DNA of 64,000 nucleotides from a virus. Positions 20,801-29,477 of this stretch are shown here, piece by piece. The translations under genes were made by a program, and so were the position numbers. Positions within the stretch are counted from its first letter, which is position 1. Each line of letters starts with the position of its first letter. The stretch lies in the IMG/VR virus record IMGVR_UViG_3300025849_000009. One strand, written 5' to 3'. Under the pieces are notes generated by a model that saw only the letters and a program-made list of their open reading frames with translations, searched no databases and was not told where the DNA came from.

Positions 20801-21160
20801 TTGCGTTTGAGTAATTCCTCTAACTACTGTGATTTTACATTTAATAGCACCGTGAAAATTTAAATCTCCAAATGGTAATGCAGCAGTTTGTTCTGCACTA
20901 AATTCAAGTGATATAGCACCTCGTAAATCAGTGTTTGCAGCACCGTATAATAAAGTACCATTAGATTTACTTACTGAATATATTAATTGATTTTCAGCAT
21001 TATAAACATCTACGATTACGTTATCGGTTACCCCGATGTTTAGTTGATTACCTACGTGGTCTTGGTGTAGCGTGATTCCAATACTCGATGATTGTCCTCT
21101 AACTATCCTAGCTAATTCTGGTAATACTACGATTAAGTTTTGATTTGAAACAGTTGGCAT
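17867..21160 (-). CDS. Collagen-like fibre protein with GxKGDQ triplets, 1097 aa
   Basis: Roughly 580-aa G-x-y region ([12 protein letters not shown]) between globular domains; GGTTGQALVKSSNVDYAVEW fibre motif. Confidence 0.8.
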   Translation of the reverse strand: MPTVSNQNLIVVLPELARIVRGQSSSIGITLHQDHVGNQLNIGVTDNVIVDVYNAENQLIYSVSKSNGTLLYGAANTDLRGAISLEFSAEQTAALPFGDLNFHGAIKCKITVVRGITQTQLPTLKLANIYDAGDKIGDIVASRFTLPGAVYKVKSLSSTDKPASGELVINDEDPNGVTKIRIALTDDKGYRNNYLESILLNRINVDGVKVSLFLTNVNNNSEYSAFEIKTWSYVDVLNVNPDNPINNDSSDAIELHVQSEGNSFISGSDYKIGVGDELGIFSESYSSPSAGISIIPQGDVAIDEVNSLTFSGGAVINNLNDGKVEVVFPSVTVTTSGTSGSSGIDGTSGIDGAKGDQGDQGLQGEQGLRGVDGTSGKDGETGAQGDIGQAGTSGTDGTSGVDGAQGLRGLDGTSGINGVDGTSGINGQSGTSGIDGAKGDDGTSGIDGVDGVNGVNGVDGAKGDQGDQGLQGLKGDQGDQGIQGLKGDQGDAGTSGISGTSGIDGNDGVDGTSGVNGADGAQGLKGDQGASGVDGTSGKDGANGINGNDGTSGVSGSSGVDGTSGIDGVDGNNGAKGDQGDQGLPGNNGNDGTSGVNGTSGINGTSGVDGAKGDQGNIGNNGVDGTSGISGTSGVDGTSGINGVDGNDGTSGTNGSSGINGLKGDQGDQGPQGDKGDAGNNGVDGNNGTSGISGTSGVDGTSGIDGVDGSDGTSGLSGTSGTNGTSGVDGAKGDQGDAGTSGINGAKGDQGDAGTSGVDGTSGIDGAKGDQGDAGTSGTNGTSGVNGTSGVDGNDGTSGVDGAKGDQGDAGTSGTDGSSGTNGTSGVDGNDGTSGVDGTSGVDGAKGDQGDAGTSGTNGTSGVNGTSGINGVKGDQGDAGTSGIDGVDGANGATGPQGPEGPQGPEGAAGANGSGIAGGGTTGQALVKSSNVDYAVEWSDVATGSGGTYYCVRAEYTASQALGGCEFIDPSGSGVFETSNASIGTRAGDNQEFSFSGQNQPPKAILVYAYQANNSRYVITHLDGGGNNASFYAQGITESAHSSSFSIGNQVTTDLFTNFSAAKIKLDLGMGNIDAVRNAGGFGQTTKEAHAFIIFKF

Positions 21161-21199
21161 GTTGATATTATGTTTTTTTCTTTGGTTTATATATCAGTG

Positions 21200-21910
21200 T
21201 TAAAATGAGTAGTCTCTATGTAGCATAGAAAATATCATTTGATTAATTACACCTATTGCGTTATTTTCTAATATTGTTTCTGTTTTGCAATCGGTTCTGA
21301 TTATTATTTTATCTGGATCTTTAGATATTAATTCTTCTATTCTGCTAAAATAAGTATCTTCTGACCATTCTTCAGATTGTATGTACGTCATATTAAACTT
21401 TTTCCAATCTTTAGTAAAATATTTATTTGGTTTTACAAAATGATATACATGCAACATGTTGTCGGCTGTCTTAATAAACACAAAACCATCATTTAAGAAA
21501 TACTTTTTACTTGGTACATATACACATGAAGTTCCTTCTTCGATCGCTCTCCATCTTTCTCTGCACATCGAGTGAAGTTCTTCGAACTCATCAATAGCTT
21601 CACCTAATATAGAATCTAATACATCATCTGTTTCTAAATCATCTTCTTCCGGAAAAAATATCTCTAATCCTGGAATTTCAAACCCACTTACTATTTGATC
21701 TATTGGATTTGGATTTTGTGTCATTTTAACAGCATCATATCTATATAAGTAATCCAACGTATCGTCTATTTCAAACAATGCTGGAATTAATTGACCCGAT
21801 TCTAATATAGCCTTAATATTGGAAACAGCACTTTTTAGTTTATATGTGCGATATTCAATATCGTTTGGTCCTTCATTAAACCATTTTGGTATTTTAGTTT
21901 TAATACTCAT
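21200..21910 (-). CDS. Hypothetical protein
   Basis: 236-aa ORF, no recognised motif. Confidence 0.6.
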   Translation of the reverse strand: MSIKTKIPKWFNEGPNDIEYRTYKLKSAVSNIKAILESGQLIPALFEIDDTLDYLYRYDAVKMTQNPNPIDQIVSGFEIPGLEIFFPEEDDLETDDVLDSILGEAIDEFEELHSMCRERWRAIEEGTSCVYVPSKKYFLNDGFVFIKTADNMLHVYHFVKPNKYFTKDWKKFNMTYIQSEEWSEDTYFSRIEELISKDPDKIIIRTDCKTETILENNAIGVINQMIFSMLHRDYSF

Positions 21911-21945
21911 ACTGTATTTATCATATCGGATATTGTATAAAAACT

Positions 21946-21983
21946 AAAAAAGGACATTATCTTAATTAATAATGTCCTTTTTT
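21946..21983 (-). terminator. Intrinsic terminator (possibly bidirectional)
   Basis: AAAAAAGGACATTAT...ATAATGTCCTTTTTT. Confidence 0.7.
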
Positions 21984-22007
21984 TATATTATAATATTCTT
22001 ATATTAT

Positions 22008-22328
22008 TTACTCTTCTTTATACTTTTTTTTAGATTTTGATTTTATTAATGTGGTTTCTTCGGAATAGTTTTCGGAATTCGTAGTTAACCCCCATTGTAA
22101 AATAAACCAACTAATTTCTTTTTCAGCAACTGCTTTACTCATTTTTAATTTTGTTTTAAGTATTTTAGTTGCTTCTTTAATAAACACAGCTTCCTTTTCT
22201 CTAGTAGTATTATACCTCATATACCAGTCGTTTTCTTTAACAACATCTTTATATGTTTTGCCATGTGGTTTTAGTTGTAAATTAATCAACTCAATAAACA
22301 CCTCTCTAGTTTTTTGTCTACTTGCCAT
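22008..22328 (-). CDS. Hypothetical basic protein
   Basis: 106-aa ORF in the same operon as clpP. Confidence 0.55.
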   Translation of the reverse strand: MASRQKTREVFIELINLQLKPHGKTYKDVVKENDWYMRYNTTREKEAVFIKEATKILKTKLKMSKAVAEKEISWFILQWGLTTNSENYSEETTLIKSKSKKKYKEE

Positions 22329-22338
22329 AATCTATATA

Positions 22339-23028
22339 TTAACTTTGTTTTGGTTTTATGATCTCGTCTATAATTCCATACTTAACAGCTTCCTCTGCAT
22401 TTAACCAAAAATCACGTGTTGCATCCTTCATTACTCTTTCTGGTTTCTTTCCACAATACGTTCCAAGTAAATTAAATAATTCTACATTTACTTTTTTCCA
22501 CTCTGCCCAATCAACTTCAGCATCTTGAATATTTCCACTGAATCCACCTGAAGATTGGTGTAACATTGTAGTCGAATGTCTAAGTGACGCTCTTTTACCT
22601 TTTGTTCCAGCTCCTAATAATACTGATCCCATTGAAGCTGCCATTCCTGTGTTAACTGTACGTATGTCACATGGTATATATTCCATTACGTCCACCATAG
22701 ATAATCCTGATTTAACTGAACCTCCCGGAGAATCAATATGCATTGTAATATCATCTGCTGCATTATTAGATAGAAACATCAACTGTGCTTGAACAACTGT
22801 GCTCATAGCATCATTAACTGGACCTGCAACCCACAATAATCTATCGGCCATTAACCTAGAAAAGATATCCATTTGTGTAACTCTCATTTCTCTTTCTTCA
22901 AGAATATAAGGAGTCATTGAGCTTTGTTTTTCAATATGTTTAGTAAACTGATCTACATGAGATCCACTTACGTTAAACTCAGATTTTGCAAATCTTTGGA
23001 ACTCTTTATCGTTCGGGTAATAATTCAT
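22339..23028 (-). CDS. clpP: ATP-dependent Clp protease proteolytic subunit
   Basis: MDIFSRLMADR, IDSPGGSV, GMAASMGS (catalytic Ser), MLHQ (His), RDFW (Asp), YGIIDEI. Confidence 0.95.
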   Translation of the reverse strand: MNYYPNDKEFQRFAKSEFNVSGSHVDQFTKHIEKQSSMTPYILEEREMRVTQMDIFSRLMADRLLWVAGPVNDAMSTVVQAQLMFLSNNAADDITMHIDSPGGSVKSGLSMVDVMEYIPCDIRTVNTGMAASMGSVLLGAGTKGKRASLRHSTTMLHQSSGGFSGNIQDAEVDWAEWKKVNVELFNLLGTYCGKKPERVMKDATRDFWLNAEEAVKYGIIDEIIKPKQS

Positions 23029-23333
23029 TAGGCTATTTGTTTTTGTATTTGTTTAATTAGATCACACGTCTCATATTCTTCTATCATTGTAAAGTATTCT
23101 TTAGCTTTGAATAATGACTTCTCGTAGCCTTCTCTCGGCAATGTCATATCATATTCTCTACCTTCATCATCTACAAGAATTGCTAGTATTTTAGATTCTT
23201 CTTTGTTTTCTATTATATTTAGTATATATTCGACAATACGTCTATAAAATATATCATATTTAGAAATCAAAACCTTTTCAAAATCTTCTGCCAAAATTCT
23301 CTGAGGATCTATGTATATTTTAGGTGGTTCCAT
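23028..23333 (-). CDS. Small protein with C-terminal UVR-like helix
   Basis: EEYETCDLIKQI resembles the E-x-Y-E-x-A-x-x-I UVR motif. Confidence 0.5.
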   Translation of the reverse strand: MEPPKIYIDPQRILAEDFEKVLISKYDIFYRRIVEYILNIIENKEESKILAILVDDEGREYDMTLPREGYEKSLFKAKEYFTMIEEYETCDLIKQIQKQIA

Positions 23334-23334
23334 A

Positions 23335-24189
23335 TTATATTGTAAAATAATCTTTTAAAATGTTTTTGTAATTTACTTCTTTAGATCCTTGTGTGTTATC
23401 TAATCTTTGCGTAAACTCAAGACCTTCGTCTGTTAAGAACACATCTTTGCCATTATAGTCTACTAATAGTTTTTCTAAAATCAATGTATTAATATTAGAT
23501 TCTAATGCATCATCTTCGGATTTAATTTTCTTTGCTAATTCAAAATGTCTTTCATAAAAATGAATGTTATCTGCAAAATGATGATATGTACCTAATTCTA
23601 AATCTTGATATTTGTCATGTTTTTTAAGAATCAGATAAACTGACTGCATTAAAAATGAAAAGAATGGTGCATCAAAAGTAAGACCATAAAATATATCGTT
23701 AGATCTCATTTGTATTTTCATGTTTAATTTATTATTTCTAATAAAAAAGTTTGCATACATTGTACATACGAAATCTTTATTGCCTTTAAATTGAAATTTA
23801 GGTTGATTAAAAAACATAATAGCTTGTCGACTATTGTCATCTGCTAAAAGTGAATCTACAACCCATCCTATTTGTTCTGTGTTAAGAACTAATGCACCAT
23901 AATTTGAATTGATTTCATTAGTACCTGGATTTGTTAGTGTTGACCACATTCCAGAATATTGACCTATGTAATCTACGTCAGTATCTCTGTGTAAATACCA
24001 TGCCATTTCACCAGCAAAGTATTTCCAATTAAAAGATCTTGCTTCAAAATGAGCAATAGGTTTTGTTGGATTTATATCGATTCTATTTAGAAGAAGTTCT
24101 TTAACTTCTAAATCTCTTGGTTTTGATACATCACCATGTGTATCAATTTGTGTTATTAGTTCTTTGAATGTTTTTGAAAAGTCTGTCAT
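23335..24189 (-). CDS. Thymidylate-synthase-family dCMP hydroxymethylase-like enzyme (T4 gp42-like)
   Basis: EINSNYG, SRQA, DFVCT (catalytic Cys), MRSNDIFYGLTFD (Asp at the dCMP-specificity position), HFYERHF; parallels T4 gp42 motifs. Confidence 0.8.
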   Translation of the reverse strand: MTDFSKTFKELITQIDTHGDVSKPRDLEVKELLLNRIDINPTKPIAHFEARSFNWKYFAGEMAWYLHRDTDVDYIGQYSGMWSTLTNPGTNEINSNYGALVLNTEQIGWVVDSLLADDNSRQAIMFFNQPKFQFKGNKDFVCTMYANFFIRNNKLNMKIQMRSNDIFYGLTFDAPFFSFLMQSVYLILKKHDKYQDLELGTYHHFADNIHFYERHFELAKKIKSEDDALESNINTLILEKLLVDYNGKDVFLTDEGLEFTQRLDNTQGSKEVNYKNILKDYFTI

Positions 24190-24214
24190 TTACTTTATGT
24201 TTATAGTAGTTATA

Positions 24215-26230
24215 CTATAATTTAATAAAAAGTTTATCTTCGTCTTTGTTTTTTGTAATTGCGTATTCTTTACCTTTTACCAAAGCTTGATCTAAGATTG
24301 CATCGGCAACTATATCTTCAACATATCTTTGAATAGCTCGCTTGATAGGTCTCGCACCATATGCTTGATCATATCCTTCTTTTACTAAAAAGTCTTTTGC
24401 TGGTTTTAGAAATTTAAACGAGTATCCTTCTATTGACATTCTTTCTGTAAAATTACCAAGTTCAATTTGTACAATTTTTAAAATGTCAGCAGATTGCAAT
24501 TGATCGAATAAAATAATATCATCTAATCTATTTAAAAATTCAGGGCTAAATTTATTCTTTAACTCTTTCTTAATAATAGAATCCATTTTTTTGCTTTCTT
24601 CTGCAATAGTAGATTTACTTGAGAACCCAATACCTGATCCAAAATCTGATATCTTTCTTGCACCTACATTCGATGTCATTATAATAATGGTGTTTGTAAA
24701 ATCTACAACTCTACCACTAGAATCTGTCAATCTACCTTCATCTAAAACTTGAAGCAATGTATTAAAAACATCTGGATGGGCTTTTTCGATTTCATCGAAT
24801 AAAACTACGGAATATGGTTTACGTCTTACTGCTTCTGTTAATTGACCACCATCTTCATGACCAACATATCCAGGAGGAGAACCTATTAAACGAGATACGT
24901 TAAACTTTTCTTGATATTCGCTCATGTCAATTCTAATCATTGCATCAATATCTCCGAACATATACTCGGCTAACGCTTTGACTGTTTCAGTTTTACCAAC
25001 ACCAGTTGGACCTAAAAACATAAAAGAACCACTTGGTTTTTTGTGACTTGCTACACCAGTTCTAGATCTTTTAATTACATTACATAATGCGTCTACTGCT
25101 TTGTCTTGGCCGATAATCATATTCTTAATTTCTGAAGACATTGCCTTAATCATCTTAAGGTCATCAGTTCCTAATTTATTAACAGGGATTCCTGTTTGTG
25201 TTGAAATAGTTTCAGCTATATCTGAAATATTAATTTGTCTTTTTGATTTCTTAAGAGACTCTTCCCAATTTTTAGTCTCGCTCAGTATTCTAGCTTCTAT
25301 AGAAATTTGATCATCTCTAAGTCTTGCTGCAACTTCATAATCTTGTTTTTCAACTGCAGCTTTCTTTTCTGATTTTATTTCTTCAGCTTGCTTCTCAAGT
25401 GTTTTGATTCTTGAAGGAACTTTAACTTCTAATAAGTGTGTTCTTGCGCCTGCTTCATCTAATAAATCAATAGCTTTATCAGGTAATTCACGTTGTTTAA
25501 TATAACGATCACTCATTCTAACACATGCATCAATCGCTTCATCTGTATATTCTACGGAGTGATATTCTTCGTAGTTATGTTTGATGCGCATTAATATATT
25601 AATAGTATCATCTACTGATGGTGCATCTACAAATACTTCTTGGAATCTACGAGTAAGTGCTCCATCATCTTCAACATTTTCTCTATATTCATCTAACGTT
25701 GTTGCACCAATACATTGAACTTGCCCTCTAGCTAAAGCGGGTTTAAGAATGTTTGATGCATCTAACGCACCGCTCACTCCACCTGCACCAACAATAGTGT
25801 GTAATTCATCAATGAATACAATAATGTTATTATTATTTTTGAGTTCTTCGACAATGTTCTTCATTCTCTCTTCAAACTCTCCACGATATTTAGTTCCAGC
25901 AACAATAGTTGTCATGTTAATAGAGATAAGTCTTTTGTTTATCAAAACTCTTGCAACTTTCTTATCAACAATGCGTTGAGCAATAGCTTCAACAATTGCA
26001 GTTTTACCAACACCTGGGTCACCTAATATAATAGGATTATTTTTCTTTCTACGAGCTAATATTTGGCAAATTCTATAAATCTCTTTATCTCTACCAATAA
26101 TTGGGTCTAATTTACCCTCAGATGCCGCCAAAGTTAAATCTTCCCCAAATTCATCTAAGAATGGAGTAGTTTTTTTCTTTGAACTTCCTTTTCTATTTTT
26201 CTCGTTTTCGTATCCGTCTGCTAATGACAT
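24215..26230 (-). CDS. clpC: ClpC-like AAA+ ATPase lacking the N-terminal domain
   Basis: LDPIIGR, GDPGVGKT, FIDELH, UVR-type middle domain (QDYEVAARLRD), GPTGVGKT, LFDEIEKAHP, GARP. Confidence 0.9.
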   Translation of the reverse strand: MSLADGYENEKNRKGSSKKKTTPFLDEFGEDLTLAASEGKLDPIIGRDKEIYRICQILARRKKNNPIILGDPGVGKTAIVEAIAQRIVDKKVARVLINKRLISINMTTIVAGTKYRGEFEERMKNIVEELKNNNNIIVFIDELHTIVGAGGVSGALDASNILKPALARGQVQCIGATTLDEYRENVEDDGALTRRFQEVFVDAPSVDDTINILMRIKHNYEEYHSVEYTDEAIDACVRMSDRYIKQRELPDKAIDLLDEAGARTHLLEVKVPSRIKTLEKQAEEIKSEKKAAVEKQDYEVAARLRDDQISIEARILSETKNWEESLKKSKRQINISDIAETISTQTGIPVNKLGTDDLKMIKAMSSEIKNMIIGQDKAVDALCNVIKRSRTGVASHKKPSGSFMFLGPTGVGKTETVKALAEYMFGDIDAMIRIDMSEYQEKFNVSRLIGSPPGYVGHEDGGQLTEAVRRKPYSVVLFDEIEKAHPDVFNTLLQVLDEGRLTDSSGRVVDFTNTIIIMTSNVGARKISDFGSGIGFSSKSTIAEESKKMDSIIKKELKNKFSPEFLNRLDDIILFDQLQSADILKIVQIELGNFTERMSIEGYSFKFLKPAKDFLVKEGYDQAYGARPIKRAIQRYVEDIVADAILDQALVKGKEYAITKNKDEDKLFIKL

Positions 26231-26274
26231 ATGTTGTATATTTGTTTTACTATTCTTATATGTATTTATTGTAA

Positions 26275-26730
26275 TTAGTTTACGATATTATCTGCAGCAT
26301 AAACTCCAGGTAAAAGATCGGGCTTACATCTGGCTTTGAATCCCATCGACTCAACATATCCAACCGCAGCTTTAACTAATTTATTTGATTTTTTCTGTGG
26401 GTCCGTATTATAATCTAAATCTATAGTAGAAACTTCTACACCATGTTCTCTTAAGTAAAGAGCTACTTCACATGATTTTTCAGTTTCTTTCCATAACCTA
26501 GTCCACATGTCTTTTATAATTGGAACCTCTTCTTTTTTATATATCACATGGCAACCTGATGATGCAACATGAAAAACTAGTGTAGTTGCATATACTGTTT
26601 TAATAGCCTTACTTTGACTATCACACCCTAAATATATTTCTATATCAAGTCCTTTATTGTTTTCGATAAATTCTTTAACGTAAGGTGCAAGTTCAAATGT
26701 AGGTGGTCCCGTTAATTTTTTGAACTTCAT
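26275..26730 (-). CDS. RNase H-like YkuK (DUF458) family protein
   Basis: YLGCDSQ, RLWKE, IDLDYN, KPD...AAD. Confidence 0.7.
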   Translation of the reverse strand: MKFKKLTGPPTFELAPYVKEFIENNKGLDIEIYLGCDSQSKAIKTVYATTLVFHVASSGCHVIYKKEEVPIIKDMWTRLWKETEKSCEVALYLREHGVEVSTIDLDYNTDPQKKSNKLVKAAVGYVESMGFKARCKPDLLPGVYAADNIVN

Positions 26731-26736
26731 AAAATG

Positions 26737-27303
26737 TTAGTCTCTGTGGTGATAACCTGCCCAACCAGTAGCGATATACTTGATTTCGTTGGGTGCTGGA
26801 AGCCCATGGTGAGGATGTGTCCAGCCTGCTGGCCAAATAATTGTAAGTCCTTTTTTAGGTTTTACTTTTATTCCTTGTAATACAAATTCTGTTTCTCCAC
26901 CTTCTTCAATGTCATTAAGATATGTTGTGAATGCTAGTTTTCTTTGAATCTTACCCTTTCTTGGGCCACCACATTCAATATGTGTAGGATTATATGCTTC
27001 ACCTGGCTCATATTTCTGTATATTAAATGGTGGAAAGAAACTCCAATCAGTTGTCATAATATTAGACCATTCATATTCTTTTATATATGCCATAAATGCT
27101 TCCTTAACCAATCCCATATAATCTTCCAAAATATCTGGATCTAAATTATTATTTGATAACCTATGATAACCTCTTAATTCGTCATAATTCGTGAGCTTAG
27201 GAAGATCATCAAAATTATCGATTATCTTATCGCAGATTTTTTCATCCATTTGATATGCCATAATAAAAGATGGCGAAGTGTGTTTAATTGTTGGTAATAT
27301 CAT
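26737..27303 (-). CDS. 2OG-Fe(II) oxygenase (prolyl-hydroxylase-like, phage type)
   Basis: IQKYEPG, HxE, YLNDIEEGGETEF, WPAGWTHPH, KYIATGW. Confidence 0.85.
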   Translation of the reverse strand: MILPTIKHTSPSFIMAYQMDEKICDKIIDNFDDLPKLTNYDELRGYHRLSNNNLDPDILEDYMGLVKEAFMAYIKEYEWSNIMTTDWSFFPPFNIQKYEPGEAYNPTHIECGGPRKGKIQRKLAFTTYLNDIEEGGETEFVLQGIKVKPKKGLTIIWPAGWTHPHHGLPAPNEIKYIATGWAGYHHRD

Positions 27304-28004
27304 TTATTTGATTTTAAAAAATTATTTGCTCGTTCTAGATCTGATGGTGTGTCAATACCAAATGATTTGTATGTTGTATATCCTGCAACCATTTCGATTC
27401 CATTGTCCATCCATGTCAATTGCTCTAGTGATTTATTTATCGCGTTTTCTGTGGGGTATAATATTGCAATTTTATCTAATACACTAGAAGAATATCCATA
27501 AATTCCTATATGCTTAAACCATGATTTTCCATTTACATTGTTTCTTGTAAACTCTATCACTGAACCTGAATTGTGGTTTGACATAATCTTAACTGTGTTT
27601 TTATCGTTTGCTTCGTTTTCTATTAGATCTGATTTTAATGTGGCTACAGTATTTGTAGGATTTGATTTTATCAAACTAATAACATGATCAATATCTTTAG
27701 GATTTATAAATGGCTCATCACCTTGTACGTTTACTACTATATCACTACCTAGTGTTTGATGAACTTCAATAACTCTGTCAGTTCCAGTATCACAATTAGT
27801 AGTCATCATAACTTCAGCTCCAAATGATTTAGCGCAATCAAATATTCTTTGATCATCTGTTGCAATCCACACCTCATCGGCGTTTGATCTTGATACTTTT
27901 TCCCAAACATGTTGAATCATAGGTTTTTCACCTATCAATTCTAATGGTTTTCCTGGAAATCTAGTCGAGTTCCATCTTGCTGGGATTATTACGAGTGATT
28001 TCAT
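27300..28004 (-). CDS. kdsB: CMP-Kdo synthetase (3-deoxy-manno-octulosonate cytidylyltransferase)
   Basis: IIPARWNSTRFPGKPL, GTDR, VNVQGDEP, KHIGIYGY, SLEQL, IDTPSDL. Confidence 0.9.
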   Translation of the reverse strand: MKSLVIIPARWNSTRFPGKPLELIGEKPMIQHVWEKVSRSNADEVWIATDDQRIFDCAKSFGAEVMMTTNCDTGTDRVIEVHQTLGSDIVVNVQGDEPFINPKDIDHVISLIKSNPTNTVATLKSDLIENEANDKNTVKIMSNHNSGSVIEFTRNNVNGKSWFKHIGIYGYSSSVLDKIAILYPTENAINKSLEQLTWMDNGIEMVAGYTTYKSFGIDTPSDLERANNFLKSNK

Positions 28005-28014
28005 TTATATTCTT

Positions 28015-28308
28015 TTATAACCATATTGTATTTCTTAAAATATAAAGTCCATATCCAAAAACTAAATTAGAGTGAATGATGACCACGTTCCATTGTTTTG
28101 CAATCCATACTTGTGGAATTGATAATATTCCACCTAAAATATATGTGTATGCTCCAATATCGTCATACTTTAATAAATATGGAGAAACTATAATAAGCGT
28201 GGTGCCGGCGTATGCTAATCTATTAGCAAGTCTTTCTAGTGGAGATAGTTTTTTATCTACCGTAAATATTTTTAATAATTTATTTAATTTAGGATATTGT
28301 TGTTTCAT
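28015..28308 (-). CDS. Small membrane protein
   Basis: About three hydrophobic segments; overlaps flanking genes in operon fashion. Confidence 0.55.
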   Translation of the reverse strand: MKQQYPKLNKLLKIFTVDKKLSPLERLANRLAYAGTTLIIVSPYLLKYDDIGAYTYILGGILSIPQVWIAKQWNVVIIHSNLVFGYGLYILRNTIWL

Positions 28309-28907
28309 TGCTCTTTGCTTTTCTGACCTAAGTATCCACTGTGATGTCTTTTAGAATATTCTTTTTTGGTGAAGCCAATTTTTTTCATAAGCTCAACCAC
28401 GATCATATCGCCGATTACAGTCATTAGTGTTGTTGAAATTGTAGGCGTTAATCCAAGTGGGCAAATTTCTTCAGAATCCCCAGTGTGTAATACAACATCT
28501 GAATTTTCTGCAAGTGGACTATTTGTTTTCCCCGTGATAGAAATAACTTTAACATCAGGGTGTAAAATTCTAGATAACATTATTAATTCTAATATTTCTC
28601 TAGTTTTTCCAGAGTTTGACAATAATATTAAGACATCATCTTTACATAAAACACCTAAATCACCATGTTGTGCTTCACTTGGGTGTAAATAGACAGATGG
28701 AGTTCCAGTAGAACTAAGTGTTGTCGAGATATTCAATGCGATCTGACCAGCTTTACCCATCCCTGATAATACTACTTTCCCATTTTTTTCAGATGAATGG
28801 ACATGATTCTTAATTATATCCACTGCATCCTCAAACGAGTCATTTACTGGAATATTTTGTATTGCTTCAACCTCTAACTTAAGAAGTTCTTTTATACTAT
28901 TTTTCAT
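28305..28907 (-). CDS. kdsD: Arabinose-5-phosphate isomerase, SIS domain only (KdsD/KpsF-like)
   Basis: SGMGKAG, HPSEAQHGDLG, SNSGKTRE, PTISTT, HHSGYLG; no CBS pair. Confidence 0.8.
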   Translation of the reverse strand: MKNSIKELLKLEVEAIQNIPVNDSFEDAVDIIKNHVHSSEKNGKVVLSGMGKAGQIALNISTTLSSTGTPSVYLHPSEAQHGDLGVLCKDDVLILLSNSGKTREILELIMLSRILHPDVKVISITGKTNSPLAENSDVVLHTGDSEEICPLGLTPTISTTLMTVIGDMIVVELMKKIGFTKKEYSKRHHSGYLGQKSKEQ

Positions 28908-29284
28908 GGGCGATTTGATTTTAAGTATTTAATTAAGTAACTTGCTGTTTTGTAATTTGTTGCCAATGGTATATTATGTACGTCACATAATCTCATTAAC
29001 ATAGAAATATCAACGTCGTGTGGGTGTTTGTCTAACGGATCTCTCATAAAAATAACTAGGTCTATTTTGCCTTCAACTGCCATCGCGGCAATTTGCGCAT
29101 CACCACCTAATGGTCCACTCTGTACAGTTTCTAAATTCTTAATACCAGCATGTTTACAGTGTTTGCCAGTAGTTCCTGTTGTGATAATCGTTACATCTTC
29201 TCTATTAAAAAATGGTAGACGTTTTGAAACGAAAGCTACCATATCTGCTTTTTTATTGTCGTGTGCTATTAATGCTATATTCAT
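28904..29284 (-). CDS. mgsA: Methylglyoxal synthase
   Basis: IALIAHDNKK, TGTTG, SGPLGGDAQI, DPL..HPHDVD, LCDVHNIPLATN. Confidence 0.92.
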   Translation of the reverse strand: MNIALIAHDNKKADMVAFVSKRLPFFNREDVTIITTGTTGKHCKHAGIKNLETVQSGPLGGDAQIAAMAVEGKIDLVIFMRDPLDKHPHDVDISMLMRLCDVHNIPLATNYKTASYLIKYLKSNRP

Positions 29285-29477
29285 AATTATTTATTTCCTC
29301 CATTGGGTTTGTATCCGCTTAACAATAAGTCCCAATATTTAATTAATACTTGTTTTACTTTTTTCATATTTAAATTACATCAATGGACCTGCACTACCTG
29401 TTTTTATTGCAGCTTTCATTCGCTGTTCTTCTAACCATAATAAATGATTCCATATTTTTTTAATTGTTTTCATATAT

